Program-made: the position numbers and the translations under genes
Source: an uncultured Enterobacteriaceae bacterium
GTDB taxonomy: Bacteria > Pseudomonadota > Gammaproteobacteria > Burkholderiales > SG8-39
Assembly: GCA_964546195.1 (NCBI GenBank)
Contig: CAZJJC010000219.1
Coordinates: 1-39,903, forward strand
Direction of reading: 5' to 3'
Length of the DNA stretch: 39,903 nucleotides
In this document: positions 30,429-39,903 of the stretch, one piece after another
How the letters are laid out: every line of letters begins with the position of its first letter
How positions within the stretch are numbered: position 1 is the stretch's first letter
Notes under the pieces: model-generated
The model's input: only the letters and a program-made list of their open reading frames with translations
What the model was told of the DNA's origin: nothing
Databases searched by the model: none

Positions 30429-30839
30429 TTAGTCGGACAGCTTTTCCAGGAGCGCGAGCAGCTGGGCGCGCTCCTGGACGCTTAAACGAGCGGCCACGCG
30501 CCGCTCGTGCAGCTGGATGCGCCGCTTCAGGCGCGCCACCAGCTCGCGGCCGGGATCGGTCAGCCACAGGCCGTTGGTGCGCCGGTCCGCGCCGCGCCGC
30601 CGCTCGATCAGCCCGCGGCTCTCGAGGACATCCACCACGCCGACCATGGTCGAGCGCTCGAGCGAGACCGCCTGCGCGAGGCGGCTCTGGGTGACCCCGG
30701 GGTTGGCCTCCAGCAGGAGCAGGATGCCGACCCGCCCCGGCGACAGCTCGGGAATGCTCGACGCGAAGTCTCGGAACACCGCCTGCTGGGCGCGCCGCAG
30801 CCGGTAACCGAGCAGGCTCGGGAGGATGCCGGGTTTCAT
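30429..30839 (-). CDS. MarR-family transcriptional regulator
   Basis: Winged-helix region GVTQSRLAQAVSLERSTMVGVVDVLESRGLIERRRGADRRTNGLWLT. ATG 30839 is preferred over the track start at 30872 because the latter would bury the intergenic palindrome inside the CDS. Confidence 0.85.
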   Translation of the reverse strand: MKPGILPSLLGYRLRRAQQAVFRDFASSIPELSPGRVGILLLLEANPGVTQSRLAQAVSLERSTMVGVVDVLESRGLIERRRGADRRTNGLWLTDPGRELVARLKRRIQLHERRVAARLSVQERAQLLALLEKLSD

Positions 30840-30852
30840 GCGCGTTTTCAGA

Positions 30853-30871
30853 TTTGTTTGGGGTCCAAACA
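30853..30871. promoter_or_regulatory. Palindromic operator candidate TTGTTTGG-GGT-CCAAACAA in the divergent marR/oxygenase promoter region
   Basis: Perfect 8-bp inverted arms with a 3-nt spacer, read directly. It overlaps a possible TTGTTT(30853)-N17-TACCAT(30876) promoter facing the + strand operon. Confidence 0.55.
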
Positions 30872-30904
30872 ATTGCTACCATCCTAGCCGAGCCGGCTGC
30901 GCGC

Positions 30905-31861
30905 ATGCAAATCACCCTCGAAGGCCATGACCGGCCCGTCCCGGTCGAGGCGGGCGACACCATCCTCGCCTCGCTGCTGCGCGCCGGCGTGCCGTTCCCG
31001 TTTTCCTGCCAGGCCGGCAACTGCGGCACCTGCAAATGCGAGCTCGTCTCCGGCGACATCCTGGAGCTGGAGCATTCTGAGCACGCCCTTTCGGCCGAGG
31101 AGCGCGCCAAGGGCATCATCCTCGCCTGCCGCAGCCAGGTATGGGACGACACCACGGTGCGGCGCATCGACGCCGAGGAGCTCATGCTGCATCCCTCGCG
31201 CGTCATGCGCTGCCGCATGCTCGGGCTCGAAGACCTGACCCCGGACATCAAGGGCCTGCGCCTTGCGCCGGAGGCGGGCGGTCCAATGACCTTCTCGGCC
31301 GGGCAGTACGCCGAGCTCGAGTTCGCGACCGGGCTGTCGCGCCATTATTCGATGGCCAACCGTCCCGACGAGCCCGAACTGCTGTTCCACGTGCACCACG
31401 TTCCCGGTGGACGCACCAGCGGCTACGTCGCCACCGAGCTCAAGGCCGGCGACAAGGTGAAGGTTTCGGGCCCGCTGGGCGTGAACTACCTGCGCGAGGC
31501 CCACCGCGGGCCGGTGCTGCTGGTCGCCGGCGGCAGCGGCCTCGCGCCCATCCGGTCGATCCTGTGCACCCTCCTTGAGCGCGGCCACCCGGCGCCGGTC
31601 ACCCTTTATTTCGGCGTTCGCAGCGAGCGCGACGTTTATCACGAGGGGCTGCTGAAGAACCTCGCCAGCCGCTTCCCGAGCTTCACTTATCAAATCGTGC
31701 TTGGCCCGCTGCACGAAAAAATTGAGCTGGGCGAGGCGGGAGACCTGATGGCCTACCTTGCCGGCCCGCCCACGATAGTGGAGCCCGCCAGCGCCAAGCT
31801 CGCCGCGCGCGGACTGGCGCCGCGGCAGATACACGCCGAGGCCTTTTACGACCAGGGCTAG
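30905..31861 (+). CDS. Oxygenase reductase: N-terminal plant-type 2Fe-2S ferredoxin fused to an FNR-like FAD/NAD(P)H domain
   Basis: ATG 30905 (MQITLEG...). Cluster motif CQAGNCGTCKC...ILACR, FAD motif RHYSMAN and NAD motif LLVAGGSGLAPI. This domain order resembles phenol/methane monooxygenase and AscD-type reductases and is the reverse of PaaE. Confidence 0.85.
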   Translation: MQITLEGHDRPVPVEAGDTILASLLRAGVPFPFSCQAGNCGTCKCELVSGDILELEHSEHALSAEERAKGIILACRSQVWDDTTVRRIDAEELMLHPSRVMRCRMLGLEDLTPDIKGLRLAPEAGGPMTFSAGQYAELEFATGLSRHYSMANRPDEPELLFHVHHVPGGRTSGYVATELKAGDKVKVSGPLGVNYLREAHRGPVLLVAGGSGLAPIRSILCTLLERGHPAPVTLYFGVRSERDVYHEGLLKNLASRFPSFTYQIVLGPLHEKIELGEAGDLMAYLAGPPTIVEPASAKLAARGLAPRQIHAEAFYDQG

Positions 31862-31864
31862 ACC

Positions 31865-32767
31865 ATGAACCTCAAGCACCGCGTGGCCATCGTGAGCGGC
31901 GGCGCCCGCGGCATCGGGCTTGCGATCGCTGAAGACCTGGCCGCGCGTGGCGCATCGGTGGTCATCGTCGATTCGGGCGTGTCGATTTCGGGGCAGCCGG
32001 AACAGCCCACCCTCGCCGAAGCGATCGTAAAGGGAAAGCAAGGCTGGGCAGCGGTGTGCGGCGACGTGGCGGACGCCGCGGTGGCGCGCACCGCAGTGGA
32101 AAGCGCGCAGGCGCGGTTCGGCGGCGTCGATATCGTGGTCAACAATGCGGCCATCATCCGCGACGCCTTCATTTTCAAATCGGACGATGCGGCCTGGGAT
32201 GCCGTAATCCGCACCAACCTTACCGGCGCCCAGCGCCTTCTCGCCGCCGCCACCCCGGCGATGCGCGAGCAGGCCAAGGCCGGCAGGCCGCCGGGCGCCA
32301 TCGTCAACATCGTGTCGAGCGCCGGTATCTACGGCAATTTCGGCCAGGCGGCGTACGGCGCGGCCAAGGCCGGCCTGCTCGGCCTGACGCGCGTCGTCGC
32401 GCACGACCTCGCCCGTTCCGGGATCCGCTGCAACGCCGTGGCGCCGTTTGCCGCCACGCGCGTCACCGAGAGCATCAAGCCGGCGAACGAGGCGCAGGCG
32501 GCCTACAAGCAGAAGGCCCTGCAAGTCCCGGCGCGGTACGTCGCCCGCCTCGTCAGCTTCCTCGCCAGCGAGGCGGCCGCCGGCATCTCCGGGCAGCTTT
32601 TCGGCGTGCGCGGCCGCGAGCTTTTCATTTTTTCGCAGTCCCGTCCCAAAGAGCGCGTCGTGCAGCCGCGCGAGGGCTTCGACGCAGCGGCGATCGGGCC
32701 GCTCGAGCCCCATTTCGCCGATCTCGTCACCGACCTGGAAGCGTTCTCGGGCGATCCGATTCTCTGA
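31865..32767 (+). CDS. SDR-family oxidoreductase, MFE-2-like (3-hydroxyacyl-CoA dehydrogenase-type) with C-terminal extension
   Basis: SGGARGIG, NNAAIIRD and S...YGAAK catalytic residues. GNFGQAAYGAAKAGLLGL and NAVAPFAATRVT resemble the dehydrogenase domain of type-2 multifunctional enzymes. 300 aa. Confidence 0.75.
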   Translation: MNLKHRVAIVSGGARGIGLAIAEDLAARGASVVIVDSGVSISGQPEQPTLAEAIVKGKQGWAAVCGDVADAAVARTAVESAQARFGGVDIVVNNAAIIRDAFIFKSDDAAWDAVIRTNLTGAQRLLAAATPAMREQAKAGRPPGAIVNIVSSAGIYGNFGQAAYGAAKAGLLGLTRVVAHDLARSGIRCNAVAPFAATRVTESIKPANEAQAAYKQKALQVPARYVARLVSFLASEAAAGISGQLFGVRGRELFIFSQSRPKERVVQPREGFDAAAIGPLEPHFADLVTDLEAFSGDPIL

Positions 32768-32778
32768 GGCACCCACGC

Positions 32779-33483
32779 ATGTCCGCCTACCCTACCGTCA
32801 AGACCGTCGAGGACTTCCGCCAGCAGCCCGAGGAGTACCAGGACGCGGTGCGCAAGATCGTGCGCAGCCACGCGCTGAACGAGCTATACGGCGCGCAGGT
32901 CTTCGACGAGCCGGCGATCAGGCTTGCCCCCACGCCCTATGCCAAATGGCTGACCTGCCGCGTGGCGATGGAGGAATACCACCACCATGTGCGCTTCAAG
33001 GAGCTCGCCGACCAGATCGGCGTCAAGGCCGAGGAGATGGACACGAAGCACAAGCGCCCGCTCAACATCTTCGAGGTGCCGCTGGAGAGCTGGGAGCAGT
33101 TCTGCGTGATCAAGATGCTGGGCGATCTCGCCGAGATCCTGCAGGTCGAGGACCTGCTGCACTGCTCCTTCGTCCCGCTGCGCAACATCGCGCGCACCAC
33201 CATGCCGGAGGAGAAGTTCCACGCCCAGTTCGGCCTGGATTTCTGCGTCGACCTGGTGGAGACCGACGAAGGCCGCGCCCGGGTGCAGCGCGCGGTCAAC
33301 GGCTTTTATCCCGAGGCGCCGAAGTTCTTCGGCGCGAGCGGCTCCAGGAACAACGAGCTCTACCGCAAGTACGGCCTCAAGCTACGCAGCAACGAGGACA
33401 TGCGGGCCGACTACATGGCGCGCGCCCGGAGCACGGTCGATCCGCTGGGCATCACGCTGCCCGAAGTTCGCCTGGCAGCGTGA
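32779..33483 (+). CDS. Ferritin-like diiron-carboxylate protein, possibly PaaA/PaaC-family (acyl-CoA oxygenase-like)
   Basis: ATG 32779, 234 aa. Two E...ExxH half-sites: E35 ... E65-E66-Y-H68 (AMEEYHHH) and E119 ... E144-E145-K-F-H148 (PEEKFH). The protein is predicted to be largely helical. Family assignment is from memory of the motif pattern only. Confidence 0.6.
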   Translation: MSAYPTVKTVEDFRQQPEEYQDAVRKIVRSHALNELYGAQVFDEPAIRLAPTPYAKWLTCRVAMEEYHHHVRFKELADQIGVKAEEMDTKHKRPLNIFEVPLESWEQFCVIKMLGDLAEILQVEDLLHCSFVPLRNIARTTMPEEKFHAQFGLDFCVDLVETDEGRARVQRAVNGFYPEAPKFFGASGSRNNELYRKYGLKLRSNEDMRADYMARARSTVDPLGITLPEVRLAA

Positions 33484-33527
33484 CCGCGCAAGCCGTTCCT
33501 GCGCAAGTACGCCCTATACTTTCCAGG

Positions 33528-35054
33528 ATGAATGCCGCAGAGCTTCTGCTGGGCCCGGATGCGCTCGCGCGCCATGGCGAGCGCAGCGCGCTCATCTGCG
33601 CCGGAGAGAACGTTTCGTATGCGCAAATGGCGGCGCGCGCGGCGCGCTCGAGCGGGGCGCTCGCAGCCCTGGGCGTGCGCCCCGGCGAACGCGTGCTCAT
33701 GCTCATGCGCGACACGCCGGAATTCGCCGCCGCCTGGCTCGGCGCCGTGCGGGCCGGAGCGGTGGCGGTTGCGCTCAACAACAAGACGACCGAGGCCGAG
33801 TACCGGCACATCCTTGCCGACAGCGGTGCGCGGCTGGTGATCGTGGAGGATGTCTTCGCCGGGATGCGGCCCGATCTGACTGCGCAGCTCGCCCTGGAAG
33901 GCCGCATTGCAGTTGCCGGCGCGGCAGCCGGCCTGCCGGCATGGCGCGACCTGCTGGACAAGGGGCCGGGAATGGCAGCGGTTGCGGCGGCGCCGGAGGC
34001 CCCGGCGTTCTCGCTATACTCCTCCGGCACCACCGGGCAGCCGAAGGGCATCGTGCATTCGCACCGCGCCTTTGCCTCGCTGGGCGGCGCTTTTCGCGCC
34101 TTCGGCATCGGCGCCGGCGACCGGGTCTTCACCACCTCCAAGTTTTTCTTTGCCTACGGCCTGGAGCACGGATTGCTCGCGCCGCTCGCCTGCGGCGCCA
34201 CCTCGCTCCTTTTCCCGGACTGGCCCGACGCGCAGGCGGTGACCGACATCGTCGAGCGCTATCGCCCCGCGGCGCTGTTCAGCGTTCCCACCCTGTATCG
34301 CCGCCTGCTCGCCGAGCCCGCGCAGCGCCTGGCGCCCTATCGCGCGGTGCGGCGCTTCGTCGCCGGGGGCGAACGTCTTTCGCCCCGGCTGGTCGAGCAA
34401 TGGCAGCGCGCAGTGGGCGGCGAGCTGCTCAACCTCTATGGCATGTCGGAGACCTTCTGTCCCTGCATGGTGACGCCCCCCGGGAGCTCCAACGGCAGCC
34501 GGACCGGGCTGCCGCTCGACGGCGTGGAGGTGCGCCTGCGCGACGGCGCGGGCAACGATCCAGGATCGGGCGAGCCCGGGGTGCTTTGGGTGCGCCATCC
34601 CGCCCAGGCGAGCGGCTATGCCAACCTTCCTGAGCAGACACGCGCGCAGTTCAGCGATGGCTGGTTCTGCAGCCGCGACGTGTTCGTGCGCGACGCCGAC
34701 GGGTTCTACGTCCACCAGGGCCGCTCCGACGAGCTGCTCAAGATCGCCGGCCAGTGGGTGCAGCCCGGCGAGCTGGAGGAGCTCGCCGGGCTGGAAGCGG
34801 CCATCGCCGAAGCCGCCTGCGTGTCGGTGCCCGACGCGGACGGCCTGGAGCGGCTCGCGCTCTTCGTCACTGCGACCGGGGATGCCGCGGCCGCGCAGCG
34901 CGCGGCGCTGCAGGCCTGCGAGCGCGCCCTGCCGCGCCACAAGCGGCCCAAGTGGGTGCGCGCGATCGACGAGCTGCCGCGCACCGCCACCGGCAAGGTG
35001 CAGCGCTTCAAGCTGCGCGAAATCCTGGAGCGCGAGCTCTCGGGCAAGGACTAA
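33528..35054 (+). CDS. Aryl-carboxylate-CoA ligase (benzoate / 4-hydroxybenzoate / anthranilate-CoA ligase family)
   Basis: ATG 33528. YSSGTTGQPKGIVHSH, FFAYGLEHGLL, YGMSET, GWFCSRDVFVRDADGFYVHQGRSDELLKIAGQWVQPGELE and LPRTATGKVQRFKLRE closely follow the motif set of the benzoate-CoA ligase subfamily. Confidence 0.85.
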   Translation: MNAAELLLGPDALARHGERSALICAGENVSYAQMAARAARSSGALAALGVRPGERVLMLMRDTPEFAAAWLGAVRAGAVAVALNNKTTEAEYRHILADSGARLVIVEDVFAGMRPDLTAQLALEGRIAVAGAAAGLPAWRDLLDKGPGMAAVAAAPEAPAFSLYSSGTTGQPKGIVHSHRAFASLGGAFRAFGIGAGDRVFTTSKFFFAYGLEHGLLAPLACGATSLLFPDWPDAQAVTDIVERYRPAALFSVPTLYRRLLAEPAQRLAPYRAVRRFVAGGERLSPRLVEQWQRAVGGELLNLYGMSETFCPCMVTPPGSSNGSRTGLPLDGVEVRLRDGAGNDPGSGEPGVLWVRHPAQASGYANLPEQTRAQFSDGWFCSRDVFVRDADGFYVHQGRSDELLKIAGQWVQPGELEELAGLEAAIAEAACVSVPDADGLERLALFVTATGDAAAAQRAALQACERALPRHKRPKWVRAIDELPRTATGKVQRFKLREILERELSGKD

Positions 35055-35078
35055 AATTGCGCTTTTCCAGAGGATGAA

Positions 35079-35771
35079 ATGGGTTACGTGATCTCGATGT
35101 GGTCCCCGCCGGCGCTGCCGGTCGCGGGCGCTTCCGACAGCTTTCCGGTGCGGCGCATTTTCTGCGTCGGCCGCAACTACGCCGAGCACCAGAAGGAGAT
35201 GGGCGGCGACGGCCGGGAGCAGCCGTTTTTCTTCATCAAGACCGAGTTCGCGCTCGTGCCGCGGGGCGGCGAGGTGCATTACCCGGCCAAGACATCGAAC
35301 TACCACTACGAAACGGAGCTGGTGGTGGCGCTTGCCAGGGGCGGGCGGCGCATCGACGCCAAGCGGGCGAACGACCACGTCTACGGCTACGCGGTCGGCC
35401 TGGACATGACGCGCCGCGACCTGCAGCAATGGGGCAAGGACCACGGCCGGCCGTGGGACTTCGGCAAGAATTTCGACGAGTCGGCGCCGTGCAGCGAGCT
35501 CGTGCCCGCGTCGAAGATCGGCCACCCCTCCAAGGGCGGGATCTGGCTCAACGTCAACGGCAAGCAGCGCCAGAAGGCCGATCTCGCCGACATGATCTGG
35601 TCGGTGCCCGAGCAGATCGCCTACCTCTCGGAGCACTACACGCTGGAGGCGGGCGACCTCATCTTTACGGGCACGCCGGCCGGCGTCGGCCCGGTCAAGC
35701 CGGGCGACGAGCTGCTCGCCGGCATCCATGCCGTGGGCGAGCTGAAGGTCAGGATCGCCCCGGCGTTGTGA
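35079..35771 (+). CDS. FAH-family hydrolase (small, fumarylpyruvate-hydrolase-like)
   Basis: 230 aa: RRIFCVGRNYAEH, YETELVVAL (metal ligands), GLDMTRRDLQ and LIFTGTPAGVG. Its size and its adjacency to a zeta-GST resemble NagK-type enzymes. Confidence 0.8.
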   Translation: MGYVISMWSPPALPVAGASDSFPVRRIFCVGRNYAEHQKEMGGDGREQPFFFIKTEFALVPRGGEVHYPAKTSNYHYETELVVALARGGRRIDAKRANDHVYGYAVGLDMTRRDLQQWGKDHGRPWDFGKNFDESAPCSELVPASKIGHPSKGGIWLNVNGKQRQKADLADMIWSVPEQIAYLSEHYTLEAGDLIFTGTPAGVGPVKPGDELLAGIHAVGELKVRIAPAL

Positions 35772-36418
35772 AGCTTTATACGTTCTTCCGCGGCTCCTCG
35801 CCGTTCAGGCTGCGCATCGCGCTGAACCTGAAAGGCCTGCCGTACGAGGCCATCCCGGTGCACCTGGGAAAGGGCGAGCACCGCAAGAGCGAGTTCGGTG
35901 CGGTGAATCCCCAGCAGCTGCTGCCCGCGCTGGTGCTCGACGACGGGCACGTGCTGAACCAGTCGCTCGCCATCATTGAGTACCTCGACGAGCTGCACCC
36001 GACTCCGCCGCTGCTGCCGGGAGACGCCAAAGCGCGCGCCCGGGTACGCAGCCTGTCGCTGCTCGTTGCGTGCGAGATCCATCCCCTCAACAACGCGCGT
36101 ACGCTCGCCTACCTGCGCAAGCAGCTCGGCCAGAACGAGGAGCAGGTGAATGCCTGGTACCGGCATTGGGTGGGTGACGGCCTGGCAAAGCTCGAAGCGC
36201 AGATGGCGCGCGGCGAGGGCACCGGCAGGTTCAGTCAAGGCGATGCACCCTCGATGGCGGACTGCTGCCTGGTGCCGCAGGTCTTCAACGCCCAGCGCTT
36301 CGGCTGCGACCTCGCGCCCTATCCCACGGTGATGCGCGTGTTCGGCGAGTGCATGAAGCTCGATGCCTTCGAGCGCGCGCAGCCCTCGAAGCAGCCCGAC
36401 GCGGAAGGTGCACGATGA
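35768..36418 (+). CDS. maiA: Zeta-class GST: maleylacetoacetate / maleylpyruvate isomerase
   Basis: GTG 35768 (GTGA overlap with the FAH gene): VKLYTFFRGSSPFRLRIALNLKG...NPQQLLPALV...LNQSLAIIEYLDE...IHPLNN, the zeta-GST signature. Confidence 0.85.
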   Translation: MKLYTFFRGSSPFRLRIALNLKGLPYEAIPVHLGKGEHRKSEFGAVNPQQLLPALVLDDGHVLNQSLAIIEYLDELHPTPPLLPGDAKARARVRSLSLLVACEIHPLNNARTLAYLRKQLGQNEEQVNAWYRHWVGDGLAKLEAQMARGEGTGRFSQGDAPSMADCCLVPQVFNAQRFGCDLAPYPTVMRVFGECMKLDAFERAQPSKQPDAEGAR

Positions 36419-36465
36419 AGCGCATCGCGCCCTACCGGTGATCGAGCGCGTCCTGGCGGCCTGGG

Positions 36466-36909
36466 CTACTTCGCGCGGAAGCGGCTCTTAAGCGCCTCCG
36501 GGATCGTCTCGCCTTTCATCGGCGTGCCCGGGCCGCCGACATGCCGGCCCCAGACCCGCGTCTCCTTTCCCTTCGCCAGCGCCGTTCCATCGCTTCTCAC
36601 GATGTCGTGCGCCACGACGAAGGACTTGCCCCCGAAGCGTGCGATGCGCGAGCGCACCTCGCAGCGGTCGCCGTGCTCCGCGGGGTAGAGAAACTGGCAC
36701 TCGGCGGATACCAGCGGCATCGCGGCGTGCTGCGCTTTCATCCACTTGGGGCCGTAGCCCGCCGCGTCGAACAACGCCCAGCTAGCCGCATCGATCCAGC
36801 GGAAGTAGGTCGGGTAGAAGATGATGCCGGCAGGATCGCAATCGCCCCACTGCACCTGGCAGGCGAAGACGTTCGTTATCGAGGGAAATTCGTCGGCTTG
36901 CTGATCCAT
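36466..36909 (-). CDS. 4HBT/YbgC-type hotdog acyl-CoA thioesterase
   Basis: Start trimmed to ATG 36909: [44 protein letters not shown]..., with catalytic-Asp context D-x-D-P-A-G-I-I-F-Y. 147 aa. Convergent with maiA. Confidence 0.8.
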   Translation of the reverse strand: MDQQADEFPSITNVFACQVQWGDCDPAGIIFYPTYFRWIDAASWALFDAAGYGPKWMKAQHAAMPLVSAECQFLYPAEHGDRCEVRSRIARFGGKSFVVAHDIVRSDGTALAKGKETRVWGRHVGGPGTPMKGETIPEALKSRFRAK

Positions 36910-37018
36910 GTGGCGGACGGCGATTATAAGGGACTTGATTGACGCTTTTCCCGGTAGTGGGCAGAATCCCAACTGCAGCACGCGCCGATTTGATGTTCAG
37001 CTTGCGGGCGCGCTACAA

Positions 37019-39901
<2,883 letters not shown>

Positions 39902-39903
39902 AT

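Noticed and set aside
30884-32776. 630-aa minus-strand ORF across the reductase and SDR genes; similarly 34014..35729 across the ligase/FAH genes and 37682..38617 and 38708..39754 opposite metH
   Set aside because: All are antisense to ORFs with strong catalytic motifs and have no motifs of their own. These are high-GC frame artefacts.
36939-36967. TTGACG-N17-CAGAAT as a sigma70 promoter for metH in the thioesterase/metH divergent region
   Set aside because: The spacing is plausible, but the -10 is weak and there is no supporting evidence, so it is not strong enough to list as a feature.

Overview
High-GC proteobacterial (beta/gamma-like) chromosomal segment, almost entirely coding, with many 1-17 nt gene overlaps. 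I found no tRNA, rRNA, CRISPR array, IS element or prophage. About three quarters is conserved housekeeping: a partial parA-like gene; lipA-lipB-ybeD-dat-dacC-rlpA; pyrC'-pyrB-pyrR-ruvX-yqgE; rubredoxin; thiD-thiE-hemL; mgtE-mtgA-tonB-like-rnb-yqiA-mpl; a hypothetical gene and a tlpA-like gene; accB-accC-prmA-DUF3426-pfkB kinase-slyB; HIT-apaH-comM-ubiK; porin-glnK-amtB; and metH. The one accessory-looking block is 30429..36909. It starts directly at the amtB stop codon and holds a MarR regulator with a palindromic operator in a divergent promoter. Downstream are a 2Fe-2S/FNR reductase, an MFE-2-like SDR, a stand-alone 234-aa ferritin-like diiron protein, a benzoate-CoA-ligase-family enzyme, a small FAH-family hydrolase and a zeta-GST isomerase, with a convergent 4HBT-type thioesterase. 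I do not recognise this enzyme combination as a described pathway, so it is my best candidate for an uncharacterised CoA-dependent aromatic-acid oxygenation system; that is inference from motifs only. Other points worth a second look: comM is split by a 1-nt frameshift at a homopolymer; metH hits an in-frame TAG 2 nt before the window end; the pyrC homolog lacks the HxH metal ligands (PyrC'-type); a 17-bp tandem duplication creates a mini-ORF at the tonB-like start; and a near-consensus sigma54 promoter with an NtrC-like site precedes porin-glnK-amtB. The many long ORFs antisense to these genes are treated as high-GC shadow ORFs.
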